This document shows positions 25,001-39,400 of a DNA stretch of 64,000 bases, in pieces. A program made the translations under genes and the position numbers. The DNA lies in NCBI RefSeq assembly GCF_009914755.1, contig NC_060933.1; one strand, 5' to 3'. The notes below the pieces were generated by a model. The model had not been told where the DNA came from and searched no databases. It worked only from the letters and a program-made list of their open reading frames with translations. Source of the stretch: the human T2T-CHM13v2.0 reference genome, Homo sapiens. Positions within the stretch are counted from its first letter, which is position 1. Each line of letters begins with the position of its first letter.

Positions 25001-28000
25001 ATGTTTGCATTCAAGTCACAGAGTTGAATATTCCCTTTTATAGAGCAGGTTTGAAACACTCTTTCTGCACTACCTGGAAGTGGACATTTGGAGCGCTTTG
25101 AGGCCTATGTTGAAAAAGGAAATATCTTCCCATAAAAACTAGACAGAAGCATTCTCAGAAACTTGTTTGTGATGTGTGTATTCAACTAACAGAGATGAAC
25201 CTTTCTTTTTACAGAGCAGTTTTGAAACACTCTTTTTGTGGAATCTGAAAGTGGATATTTGGATAGCTTTGAGGATTTCGTTGGAAACGGGATTACATAT
25301 AAAATCTAGAGAGAAGCATTCTCAGGAACTTCTTTGTGATGTTTGCATTCAAGTCACAGAACTGAACATTCCCTTTCATAGAGCAGGTTTGAAACACTCT
25401 TTCTGCAGTATCTGCAAGCTGACGTTTCAAGCACTTTCAGGCCTATGGTGAGAAAGGAAATATCTTCAAGTAAAAACTAGACAGAAACATTCTCAGAAAC
25501 TTATTTGCCATGTGTTTTCTCAACTAACAGAGTTGAACCATTGTTTTGATATGGCATTTTGGAAACACTCTTTTTTTAGAATCTGCAGGTGGATATTCGG
25601 ATAGCTTTGAAGGTTTCGTTGGAAACGGGAATATCTTCATATTAAATCTAGACGGAAGCATTCTCAGAAACTGCTTTGTGATGTTTTCATTCAAGTCACA
25701 GAGTAGAATGTTCCCTTTTATATACCAGGTTTGAGACACTCTTTCTGCACTACCTGGAAGTGGACATTTGGAGCGCTTTGAGGCCTATGATGAAAAAGGA
25801 AATATCTTCCCATAAAAACTAGACAGAAGCGTTCTCAGAAACTTGTTTGTGATGTGTGTATTCAACTAACAGAGATGAACCTTTCTTTTTAAAGAGCAGT
25901 TTTGAAACACTCTTTTTGTGGAATCTGAATGTGGATATTTGGATAGCTTTGAGGATTTCGTTGGAAACGGGATTACATATAAAATCTAGAGAGAAACATT
26001 CTCAGGAACTTTTTTGTGATGTTTGCATTCACGTCACAGAACTGAACATTCCCTTTCATAGAGCCGGTTTGAAACACTGTTTCTGTAGTATCTGCAAACG
26101 GACATTCCAAGCGCTTTCAGGCCTATGGTGAGAAAGGAAATATCTTCAAATAAAAACTAGACAGAAGCATTCTCAGAAACTTATTTGCGATGTGTGTCCT
26201 CAACTAACAGAGTTGAACCTTTATTTTGATGCAACATTTTGGAACCACTCTTTTTGTAGAATCTGCAAGTGGATATTTGGATAGCTTTGAAGGTTTCGTT
26301 GGAAACGGGAATATCTTCATATAAAATCAAGACAGAAGCATTCTCAGAAACTTCTCTGTGATGTTTGCATTCAACTCATAGAGGTGAACACTTCCCTTCA
26401 TAGAGCAGGTTTGAAACACTCTTTTTGAAATATTTGTAAGTGGACATTTGCAGCGCTTTGAGGCCTATGTTGAAAAAGGAAATATCTTCTCCTAAAAACC
26501 AGACAGAAGCATTCTCAGAAACTTCCTTGTGATGTGTTTACTCATGTGACAGAGTTGAACCTTACTTTTGACAGAGCCGTTTTGAAACAGTCTTTTTGTA
26601 GAATCTGGAAGTAGATATTTGGATACCTTTGAGGATTTCTTTGGAAACGGGATATCTTTATATAAAATCTACACAGAAGCATTCTCAGACACTTCTTTGT
26701 GCTGTATGTCCTCAATTAACAGAGTTGAACCTTTGTGTGGATACAGCATTTTGGAAACATTCCTTTAGTAGAATCTGCAAGTTGATATTTAGATAGCTAG
26801 GAAGATTTCCTTGGAAACGGGAATATCTTCATATAAAATCTAGACGGAAGCATTCTCAGAAAGTGATTTGTGATGTTTGCATTCAAGTCACAGAGTTGAA
26901 TATTCCCTTTTATAGAGCAGGTTTGAAACACTCTTTCTGCACTACCTGGAAGTGGACATTTGGAGCGCTTTGAGGCCTATGTTGAAAAAGGAAATATCTT
27001 CCCATGAAAACTAGACAGAAGCATTCTCAGAAACTTCTTTGTGATGTGTGTATTCAACTAACAGAGATGAACCTTTCTTTTTACAGAGCAGTTTTGAAAC
27101 ACTCTTTTTGTGGAATCTGAAAGTGGATATTTGGATAGCTTTGAGGATTTCGTTGGAAACGAGATTACATATAAAACCTAGTGAGAAGCATTCTCAGGAA
27201 CTTCTTTGTGATGTTTGCATTCAAGTCACAGAACTGAACATTCCCTTTCATGGAGCATGTTTGAAACACTCTTTCTGTAGTATCTGCAAGCTGACGTTTC
27301 AAGCGCTTTCAGGCCTATGGTGAGAAAGGAAATATCTTCAAGTAAAAACTAGACAGAAGCATTCTCAGAAACTTATTTGCCATGTGTGTTCTCAACTAAC
27401 AGAGTTGAACCTTTGTTTTGATACGGCATTTTGGAAACACTCTTTTTGTAGAATCTGCAGGTGGATATTCGGATAGCTTTGAAGGTTTCGTTGGAAACGG
27501 GAATATCTTCATATAAAATCTAGACGGAAGCATTCTCAGAAACTGCTTTGTGATGTTTTCATTCAAGTCACAGAGTAGAATGTTCCCTTTTATATACCAG
27601 GTTTGAGACACTCTTTCTGCACTACCTGGAAGTGGACATTTGGAGCGCTTTGAGGCCTATGATGAAAAAGGAAATATCTTCCCATAAAAACTAGACAGAA
27701 GCATTCTCAGAAACTTGTTTGTGATGTGTGTATTCAACTAACAGAGATGAACCTTTCTTTTTACAGAGCAGTTTTGAAACACTCTTTTTGTGGAATCTGA
27801 AAGTGGATATTTGGATAGCTTTGAGGATTTCGTTGGAAACGGGATTACATACAACATCTAGAGAGAAGCACTCTCAGGAATTTTTTTGTGATGTTTGCAT
27901 TCTCATCACAGAACTGAACATTCCCTTTCATAGAGCAGGTTTGAAACACTCTTTCTGTAGTATCTGCAAACGGACATTCCAAGCGCTTTCAGGCCTATGG

Positions 28001-29573
28001 TGAGAAAGGAAATATCTTCAACTAAAAACCAGACAGAAGCATTCTCAGAAACTTATTTGCGATGTGTGTCCTCAACTAACAGAGTTGAACCTTTGTTTTG
28101 ATACAACATTTTGGAAACACTCTTTTTGTAGAATCTGCAGGTGGATATTCGGATAGCTTTGAAGGTTTCGTTGGAAACGGGAATATCTTCATATAAAATC
28201 AAGACAGAAGCATTCTCAGAAACTTCTCTGTGATGTTTGCATTCAACTCATAGAGGTGAACACTTCCCTTCATAGAGCAGGTTTGAAACACTCTTTTTGA
28301 AATATTTGGAAGTGGACATTTGCAGCGCTTTGAGGCCTATGTTGAAAAAGGAAATATCTTCTCCTAAAAACCAGACAGAAGCATTCTCAGAAACTTCCTT
28401 GTGATGTGTTTACTCAAGTGACAGAGTTGAACCTTACTTTTGACAGAGCCGTTTTGAAACAGTCTTTTTGTAGAATCTGGAAGTAGATATTTGGATACCT
28501 TTGAGGATTTCTTTGGAAACGGGATATCTTTATATAAAATCTACACAGAAGCATTCTCAGACACTTCTTTGTGCTGTATGTCCTCAATTAACAGAGTTGA
28601 ACCTTTGTGTGGATACAGCATTTTGGAAACATTCCTTTAGTAGAATCTGCAAGTTGATATTTAGATAGCTAGGAAGATTTCCTTGGAAACGGGAATATCT
28701 TCATATAAAATCTAGACGGAAGCATTCTCAGAAAGTGCTTTGTGATGTTTGCATTCAAGTCACAGAGTTGAATATTCCCTTTTATAGAGCAGGTTTGAAA
28801 CACTCTTTCTGCACTACCTGGAAGTGGACATTTGGAGCGCTTTGAGGCCTATGTTGAAAAAGGAAATATCTTCCCATGAAAACTAGACAGAAGCATTCTC
28901 AGAAACTTCTTTGTGATGTGTGTATTCAACTAACAGAGATGAACCTTTCTTTTTACAGAGCAGTTTTGAAACACTCTTTCTGTGGAATCTGAAAGTGGAT
29001 ATTTGGATAGCTTTGAGGATTTCGTTGGAAACGGGATTACATATAAAACCTAGAGAGAAGCATTCTCAGGAACTTCTTTGTGATGTTTGCATTCAAGTCA
29101 CAGAACTGAACATTCCCTTTCATGGAGCATGTTTGAAACACTCTTTCTGTAGTATCTGCAAGCTGACGTTTCAAGCGCTTTCAGGCCTATGGTGAGAAAG
29201 GAAATATCTTCAAGTAAAAACTAGACAGAAGCATTCTCAGAAACTTATTTGCCATGTGTGTTCTCAACTAACAGAGTTGAACCTTTGTTTTGATACGGCA
29301 TTTTGGAAACACTCTTTTTGTAGAATCTGCAGGTGGATATTCGGATAGCTTTGAAGGTTTCGTTGGAAACGGGAATATCTTCATATAAAATCTAGACGGA
29401 AGCATTCTCAGAAACTGCTTTGTGATGTTTTCATTCAAGTCACAGAGTAGAATGTTCCCTTTTATATACCAGGTTTGAGACACTCTTTCTGCACTACCTG
29501 GAAGTGGACTTTTGGAGCGCTTTGAGGCCTATGATGAAAAAGGAAATATCTTCCCATAACAACTAGACAGAAG

Positions 29574-29911
29574 CATTCTCAGAAACTTGTTTGTGATGTG
29601 TGTATTCAACTAACAGAGATGAACCTTTCTTTTTACAGAGCAGTTTTGAAACACTCTTTTTGTGGAATCTGAAAGTGGATATTTGGATAGCTTTGAGGAT
29701 TTCGTTGGAAACGAGATTACATATAAAATCTAGAGAGAAGCATTCTCAGGAACTTCTTTGTGATGTTTGCATTCACGTCACAGAACTGAACATTCCCTTT
29801 CATAGAGCATGTTTGAAACACTCTTTCTGTAGTATCTGCAAACGGACGTTTCAAGCGCTTTCAGGCCTGTGGTGAGAAAGGAAATATCTTCAAATAAAAA
29901 CTAGACAGAAG
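29574..29911 (+). repeat. 2-mer HOR variant A-B
   Basis: 338-bp spacing between A monomers (ORF starts 29600 and 29938); B is followed directly by A. Confidence 0.87.
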
Positions 29912-32900
29912 CATTCTCAGAAACTTGTTTGTGATGTGTGTATTCAACTAACAGAGATGAACCTTTCTTTTTACAGAGCAGTTTTGAAACACTCTTTTTG
30001 TGGAATCTGAAAGTGGATATTTGGATAGCTTTGAGGATTTCGTTGGAAACGGGATTACATATAAAATCTAGAGAGAAGCCTTCTCAGGAACTTCTTTGTG
30101 ATGTTTGCATTCAAGTCACAGAACTGAACATTCCCTTTCATAGAGCATGTTTGATACACTCTTTCTGTAGTATCTGCAAGCTGACGTTTCAAGCGCTTTC
30201 AGGCCTATGGTGAGAAAGGAAATATCTTCAAGTAAAAACTAGACAGAAACATTCTCAGAAACTTATTTGCCATGTGTGTTCTCAACTAACAGAGTTGAAC
30301 CTTTGTTTTGATACGGCATTTTGGAAACACTCTTTTTGTAGAATCTGCAGGTGGATATTCGGATAGCTTTGAAGGTTTCGTTGGAAACGGGAATATCTTC
30401 ATATAAAATCTAGACGGAAGCATTCTCAGAAACTGCTTTGTGATGTTTTCATTGAAGTCACAGAGTAGAATGTTCCCTTTTATATACCAGGTTTGAGACA
30501 CTCTTTCTGCACTACCTGGAAGTGGACATTTGGAGCGCTTTGAGGCCTATGATGAAAAAGGAAACATCTTCCCATAAAAACTAGACAGAAGCATTCTCAG
30601 AAACTTGTTTGTGATGTGTGTATTCAACTAACAGAGATGAACCTTTCTTTTTACAGAGCAGTTTTGAAACACTCTTTTTGTGGAATCTGAAAGTGGATAT
30701 TTGGATAGCTTTGAGGATTTCGTTGGAAACGGGATTACATATAAAATCTAGGGAGAAGCATTCTCAGGAACTTCTTTGTGATGTTTGCATTCAAGTCACA
30801 GAACTGAACATTCCCTTTCATAGAGCATGTTTGTAACACTCTTTCTGTAGTATCTGCAAGCGGACGTTTCAAGCGCTTTCAGGCCTGTGGTGAAAAAGGA
30901 AATCTCTTCAAATAAAAACTAGACAGAATCATTCTCAGAAACTTATTTGCGATGTGTGTTCTCAACTAACAGAGTTGAACCTTTGTTTTGATACAGCATT
31001 TTGGAAACACTCTTTTTGTAGGATCTGCAGGTGGATATTTGGATAGCGTTGAAGGTTTCGTTGGAAACGGGAATATCTTCATATAAAATCAAGACAGAAG
31101 CATTCTCAGAAACTTCTCTCTGATGTTTGCATTCAAATCATAGAGTTGAACAATTCCTTTCATAGAGCTGGTTTGAAATACTCTTTTTGTAATATTTGGA
31201 AGTGGACATTGGCAGCGCTTTGAAGCTTATGGTGAAAAAGGAGATATATTCTCCTAAAAACCAGACAGAAGCATTCTCAGAATCTTTCTTGTGATGTGTG
31301 TACTCAAGTAACAGAGTTGAACCTTCCTTTTGACAGAGCAGTTTTGAAGCACTCTTTTTGTAGAATCTGCAAGTGGATATTTTGATACCTTTGAGGATTT
31401 CGTTGGACACGGGATATCTTCATATAAAATCTAGACAGAAGCATTCTCAGACACTTCTTTGTGCTGTATGTCCTCAATTAACAGAGTTGAACCTTTGTTT
31501 CGATACGGCATTTTGGAAACATTCCTTTAGTACAATCTGCAAGTTGATATTTAGATAGCTAGGAAGATTTCCTTGGAAACGGGAATATCTTCATATAAAA
31601 TCTAGACGGAAGCATTCTCAGAAAGTGCTTTGTGATGTTTGCATTCAAGTCACAGAGGTGAATATTCCCTTTTATAGAGCAGGTTTGAAACACTCTTTCT
31701 GCACTACCTGGAAGTGGACATTTGGAGCGCTTTGAGGCCTATGTTGAAAAAGGAAATATCTTCCCATAAAAACTAGACAGGAGCATTCTCAGAAACTTGT
31801 TTGTGATGTGTGTATTCAACTAACAGAGATGAACCTTTCTTTTTACAGAGCAGTTTTGAAACACTCTTTTTGTGGAATCTGAAAGTGGATATTTGGATAG
31901 CTTTGAGGATTTCGTTGGAAACGGGATTACATATAAAATCTAGAGAGAAGCATTCTCAGGAACTTCTTTGTGATGTTTGCATTCAAGTCACAGAACTGAA
32001 CATACCCTTTCATAGAGCATGTTTGAAACACTCTTTCTGTAGTATCTGCAAGCTGACGTTTCAAGCGCTTTCAGGCCTATGGTGAGAAAGGAAATATCTT
32101 CAAGTAAAAACTAGACAGAAACATTCTCAGAAACTTATTTGCCATGTGTGTTCTCAACTAACAGAGTTGAACCTTTGTTTTGATACGGCATTTTGGAAAC
32201 ACTCTTTTTGTAGAATCTGCAGGTGGATATTCGGATAGCTTTGAAGGTTTCGTTGGAAACGGCAATATCTTCATATAAAATCTAGACGGAAGCATTCTCA
32301 GAAACTGCTTTGTGATGTTTTCATTCAAGTCACAGAGTAGAATGTTCCCTTTTATATACCAGGTTTGAGACACTCTTTCTGCACTACCTGGAAGTGGACA
32401 TTTGGAGCGCTTTGAGGCCTATGATGAAAAAGGAAATATCTTCCCATAAAAACTAGACAGAAGCATTCTCAGAAACTTGTTTGTGATGTGTGTATTCAAC
32501 TAACAGAGATGAACCTTTCTTTTTACAGAGCAGTTTTGAAACACTCTTTTTGTGGAATCTGAAAGTGGATATTTGGATAGCTTTGAGGATTTCGTTGGAA
32601 ACGGGATTACATACAACATCTAGAGAGAAGCACTCTCAGGAATTTTTTTGTGATGTTTGCATTCTCATCACAGAACTGAACATTCCCTTTCATAGAGCAG
32701 GTTTGAAACACTCTTTCTGTAGTATCTGCAAACGGACATTCCAAGCCCTTTCAGGCCTATGGTGAGAAAGGAAATATCTTCAAATAAAAACCAGACAGAA
32801 GCATTCTCAGAAACATATTTGCGATGTGTGTCCTCAACTAACAGAGTTGAACCTTTGTTTTGATACAGCATTTTGGAAACACTCTTTTTGTAGGATCTGC

Positions 32901-33141
32901 AGGTGGATATTTGGATAGCTTTTAAGGTTTCGTTGGAAACGGGAATATCTTCATATAAAATCAAGACAGAAGCATTCTCAGAAACTTCTCTGTGATGTTT
33001 GCATTCAACTCATAGAGTTGAACACTTCCTTTCATAGAGCAGATTTGAAACACTCTGTGCACTACCTGGAAGTGGACATTTGGAGCGCTTTGAGGCCTAT
33101 TTTGAAAAAGGAATTATCTTCCCATAAAAACTAGACAGAAG

Positions 33142-33479
33142 CATTCTCAGAAACTTGTTTGTGATGTGGGTATTCAACTAACAGAGATGAACCTTTCTTT
33201 TTACAGAGCAGTTTTGAAACACTCTTTTTGTGGAATCTGAAAGTGGATATTTGGATAGCTTTGAGGATTTCGTTGGAAACGGGATTACATATAAAATCTA
33301 GAGAGAAGCATTCTCAGGAACTTCTTTGTGATGTTTGCATTCAAGTCACAGAACTGAACATTCCCTTTCATAGAGCAGGTTTGAAACACTCTTTCTGCAC
33401 TACCTGGAAGTGGACATTTGGAGCGCTTTCAGGCCTATGTTGAAAAAGGAAATATCTTCCCATAAAAACTAGACAGAAG
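33142..33479 (+). repeat. 2-mer HOR variant A-(B/G hybrid)
   Basis: The B start (CAGGAAC...AGAACTGAAC) switches at ~33395 to G (GCACTACCTGGAAG...CCCATAAAAAC); 338 bp. Confidence 0.85.
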
Positions 33480-36400
33480 CATTCTCAGAAACTTGTTTGT
33501 GATGTGTGTATTCAACTAACAGAGATGAACCTTTCTTTTTACAGAGCAGTTTTGAAACACTCTTTTTGTAGAATCTGAAAGTGGATATTTGGATAGCATT
33601 GAGGATTTCGTTGGAAACGGGATTACATATAAAACCTAGAGAGAAGCATTCTCAGGAACTTCTTTGTGATGTTTGCATTCAAGTCACAGACCTGAACATT
33701 CCCTTACATAGAGCATGTTTGAAACACTCTTTCTGTAGTATCTGCAAGCTGACGTTTCAAGCGCTTTCAGGCCTGTGGTGAGAAAGGAAATATCTTCAAG
33801 TAAAAAATAGACAGAAGCATTCTCAGAAACTTATTTGCCATGTGTGTTCTCAACTAACAGAGTTGAACCTTTGTTTTGATACGGCATTTTGGAAACACTC
33901 TTTTTGTAGAATCTGCAAGTGGATATTCGGATAGCTTTGAAGGTTTCGTTGGAAACGGGAATATCTTCATATAAAATCTAGACGGAAGCATTCTCAGAAA
34001 CTGCTTTGTGATGTTTCATTCAAGTCACAGAGTAGAATGTTCCCTTTTATAGAGCAGGTTTGAGACACTCTTTCTGCACTACCTGGAAGTGGACATTTGG
34101 AGCGCTTTGAGGCCTATGTTGAAAAAGGAAATATCTTCCCATAAACACTAGACAGAAGCATTCTCAGAAACTTGTTTGTGATGTGTGTATTCAACTAACA
34201 GAGATGAACCTTTCTTTTTACAGAGCAGTTTTGAAACACTCTTTTTGTGGAATCTGAAAGTGGATATTTGGATAGCTTTGAGGATTTCGTTGGAAACGGG
34301 ATTACATATAAAATCTAGGGAGAAGCATTCTCAGGAACTTCTTTGTGATGTTTGCATTCAAGTCACAGAACTGAACATTCCCTTTCATAGAGCAGGTTTG
34401 AAACACTCTTTCTGTAGTATCTGCAACCGGACGTTTCAAGCGCTTTCAGGCCTGTGGTGAAAAAGGAAATATCTTCAAATAAAAACTAGACAGAAGCATT
34501 CTCAGAAACTTATTTGCGATGTGTGTTCTCAACTAACAGAGTTGAACCTTTGTTTTGATACAGCATTTTGGAAACACTCTTTTTGTAGGATCTGCAGGTG
34601 GATATTTGGATAGCTTTGAAGGTTTCGTTGGAAACGGGAATATCTTCATATAAAATCAAGACAGAAGCATTCTCAGAAACTTCTTTGTGATGTTTGCATT
34701 CAACTCATAGAGTTGAACACTTCCCTTCATACAGCAGGTTTGAAACACTCTTTTTGTAATATTTGGAAGTGGCCATTTGCAGCGCTTTGAGGCCTATGTT
34801 GAAAAAGGGAATATCTTCTCCTAAAAACCAGACAGAAGCATTCTCAGAAACTTCCTTGTGATGTGTGTACTCAAGTAACAGAGTTGAACCTTACTTTTGA
34901 CAGACCCGTTTTGAAAGAGTCTTTTTGTAGAATCTGGACGTAGATATTTGGATACCTTTGAGGATTTCTTTGGAAACGGGATATCTTCATATAAAATCTA
35001 GACAGAAGCATTCTCAGAAACTTCTTTGTGCTGTATGTCCTCAATTAACAGAGTTGAACCTTTGTGTGGATACAGCATTTTGGAAACATTCCTTTAGTAG
35101 AATCTGCAAGTTGATATTTAGATAGCTAGGAAGATTTCCTTGGAAACGGGAATATCTTCATATAAAATCTAGGCGGAAGCATTCTGAGAAACTGCTTTGT
35201 GAAGTCTTCATTCAAGTCACAGAGTAGAATGTTCCCTTTTATAGAGCAGGTTTGAAACACTCTGTGCACTACCTGGAAGTGGACATTTGGAACGCTTTGA
35301 GGCCTATGTTGAAAAAGGAAATATCTTCCCATAAAAACTAGACAGAAGCATTCTCAGAAACTTATTTGTGATGTGTATATTCAACTAACAGAGATGAACC
35401 TTTGTTTTTACAGAGCAGTTTTGAAACACTCTTTTTGTGGAATCTGAAAGTGGATATTTGGATAGCTTTGAGGATTTCGTTGGAAACGGGATTACATATA
35501 AAATCTAGGGAGAAGCATTCTCAGGAACTTCTTTGTGAAGTTTGCATTCAAGTCACAGAACTGAACATTCCCTTTCATAGAGCAGGTTTGAAACACTCTC
35601 TCTGCAGTATCTGCAAGCGGACGTTTCAAGCGCCTTCAGGACTGTGGTGAAAAAGGAAATATCTTCAAATAAAAACTAGACAGAAGCATTCTCAGAAACT
35701 TATTTGCGATGTGTGTTCTCAACTAACAGAGTTGAACAATTGTTTTGATACAGCATTTTGGAAACACTCTTTTTGTAGGATCTGCAGATGGATATTTGGA
35801 TAGCTTTGAAGGTTTCGTTGGAAACGGGAATATCTTCATATAAAATCAAGACGGAAGCATTCTCAGAAACTTCTCTGTGATGTTTGCATTCAACTCATAG
35901 AGTTGAACACTTCCTTTCATAGAGCCGGTTTGAAACACTCTGTGCACTACCTGGAAGTGGACATTTGGAGCGCTTTGAGGCCTATGTTGAAAAAGGAAAT
36001 ATCTTCCCATAAAAACTAGACTGAAGCATTCTCAGAAACTTGTTTGTGATGTGTGTATTCAACTAACAGAGATGAACCTTTCTTTTTACAGAGCAGTTTT
36101 GAAACACTCTTTTTGTGGAATCTGAAAGTGGATATTTGGATAGCTTTGAGGATTTCGTTGGAAACGGGATTACATATAAAATCTAGGGAGAAGCATTCTC
36201 AGGAAATTCTTTGTGATGTTTGCATTCAAGTCACAGAACTGAACATTCCCTTTCATAGAGCAGCTTTGAAACACTCTTTCTGTAGTATCTGCAAGCGGAC
36301 GTTTCAAGCGCTTTCAGGCCTGTGGTGAAAAAGGAAATATCTTCAAATAAAAACTAGACAGAAGCATTCTCAGAAACTTATTTGCGATGTGTGTTCTCAA

Positions 36401-39400
36401 CTAACAGAGTTGAACCTTTGTTTTGATACAGCATTTTGGAAACACTCTTTTTGTAGGATCTGCAGGTGGATATTTGGATAGCTTTGAAGGTTTCGTTGGA
36501 AACGGGAATAACTTCATATAAAATCAAGACAGAAGCATTCTCAGAAACTTCTCTGTGATGTTTGCATTCAACTCATAGAGTTGAACACTTCCTTTCATAG
36601 AGCTGGTTTGAAATACACTTTTTGTAATATTTGGAAGTGGACATTGGCAGCGCTTTGAAGCTTATGGTGAAAAAGGAGATATCTTCTCCTAAAAACCAGA
36701 CAGAAGCATTCTCAGAATCTTTCTTGTGATGTATGTACTCAAGTAACAGAGTTGAACCTTCCTTTTGACAGAGCAGTTTTGAAGTACTCTTTTTGTAGAA
36801 TCTGCAAGTGGATATTTTGATACCTTTGAGGATTTCGTTGGACACGGGATATCTTCATATAAAATCTAGACAGAAGCATTCTCAGAAACTTCTTTGTGCT
36901 CTATGTCCTCAATTAACAGAGTTGAACCTTTGTGTGGATACAGCATTTTGGAAACATTCCTTTAGTAGAATCTGCAAGTTGATATTTAGATAGCTAGGAA
37001 GATTTCCATGGAAACGGGAATATCTTCATATAAAATCTGGACGGAAGCATTCTGAGAAACTGCTTTGTGATGTCTTCATTCAAGTCACAGAGTAGAATGT
37101 TCCCTTTTATAGAGCAGGTTTGAAACACTCTGTGCACTACCTGGAAGTGGACATTTGGAGCGCTTTGAGGCCTATGTTGAAAAAGCAAATATCTTCCCAT
37201 AGAAACTAGACAGAAGCATTCTCAGAAACTTATTTGTGATGTGTATATTCAACTAACAGAGATGAACCATTCTTTTTACAGAGCAGGTTGGAAACACTCT
37301 TTTTGTGGAATCTGAAAGTGGATATTTGGATAGCTTTGAGGATTTCGTTGGAAACGGGATTACATATAAAATCTAGAGATTAGCACTCTCAGGAATTTTT
37401 TTGTGATGTTTGCATTCTCGTCACAGAACTGAACATTCCCTTTCATAGAGCAGGTTTGAAACACTCTTTCTGTAGTATCTGCAAACGGACATTCCAAGCG
37501 CTTTCAGGCCTATGGTGAGAAAGGAAATATCTTCAAATAAAAACCAGACAGAAGCATTCTCAGAAACTTATTTGCGATGTGTGTCCTCAACTAACAGAGT
37601 TGAACCTTTCTATTGATACAACATTTTGGAAACACTCTTTTTGTAGAATCTGCAGGTGGATATTCGGATAGCTTTTAAGGTTTCGTTGGAAACGGGAATA
37701 TCTTCATATAAAATCAAGACAGAAGCATTCTCAGAAACTTCTCTGTGATGTTTGCAGTCAACTCATAGAGTTGAACACTTCCCTTCATACAGCAGGTTTG
37801 AAACACTCTTTTTGTAATATTTGGAAGTGGACATTTGCAGGGCTTTGAGGCCTATGTTGAAAAAGGAAATATCTTCTCCTAAAAACCAGACAGAAGCATT
37901 CTCAGAAACTTCCTTGTGATGTGTGTACTCAAGTAACAGATTGAACCTTACTTTTGACAGAGCTGTTTTGAAACAGTCTTTTTGTAGAATCTGGAAGTAG
38001 ATATTTGGATACCTTTGAGGATTTCTTTGGAAACGGGATATCTTCATATAAAATCTACACAGAAGCATTCTCAGACACTTCTTTGTGCTGTATGTCCTCA
38101 ACTAACAGAGTTGAACCTTTGTTTTGATACGGCATTTTGGAAACACTCTTTTTGTAGAATGTGCAAGTTGATATTTAGATAGCTAGGAAGATTTCCTTGG
38201 AAACGGGAATATCTTCATATAAAATCTAGACGGAAGCATTCTCAGAAAGTGCTTTGTGATCTTTGCATTCAAGTCACAGAGTTGAATATTCCCTTTTATA
38301 GAGCAGGTTTGAAACACTCTTTCTGCACTACCTGGAAGTGGACATTTGGAGCGCTTTGAGGCCTATGTTGAAAAAGGAAATATCTTCTCCTAAAAACCAG
38401 ACAGAAGCATTCTCAGAAACTTCCTTGTGATGTGTGTACTCAAGTAACAGAGATGAACCTTTCTTTTTACAGAGCAGTTTTGAAACACTCTTTTTGTGGA
38501 ATCTGAAAGTGGATATTTGGATAGCTTTGAGGATTTCGTTGGAAACGGGATTACATATAAAATCTACAGAGAAGCATTCTCAAGAACTTCTTTGTGATGT
38601 TTGCATTCACGTCACAGAACTGATCATTCCCTTTCATAGAGCATGTTTGAAACACTCTTTCTGTAGTGTCTGCAAACGGACATTTCAAACGCTTTCAGGC
38701 CTATGGTGAGAAAGGAAATATCTTCAAATAAAAACTAGACAGAAGCATTCTCAGAAACTTATTTGCGATGTGTGTCCTCAACTAACAGAGTTGAACCTTT
38801 CTTTTGATACAACATTTTGGAAACACTCTTTTTGTAGAATCTGCAAGTGGATATTTGGATAGCTTTGAAGGTTTCGTTGGAAACGGGAATATCTTCATAT
38901 GAAATCAAGACAGAAGCATTCTCAGAAACTTCTGTGTGATGTTTACATTCAACTCATAGTGTTGAACACTTCCTTTCATAGAGCTGGTTTGAAATACTCT
39001 TTTTGTAATATTTGGAAGTGGACATTGGCAGCGCTTTGAAGCCTATGGTGAAAAAGGAGATATCTTCTCCTAAAAACCAGACAGAAGCATTCTCAGAAAC
39101 TTCCTTGTGATGTGTGTACTCAAGTAACAGAGTTGAACCTTCCTTTTGACAGAGCAGTTTTGAAGCACTCTTTTTGTAGAATCTGCAAGTGGATATTTTG
39201 ATACCTTTGAGGATTTCGTTGGACACGGGATATATTCATATAAAATCTAGACAGAAGCATTCTCAGAAACTTCTTTGTGCTGTATGTCCTCAATTAACAG
39301 AGTTGAAACTTTGTTTCGATAGAGCATTTTGGAAATATTCCTTTAGTAGAATCTGCTAGTTGATATTTAGATAGCTAGGAAGATTTCCTTGGAAACGGGA

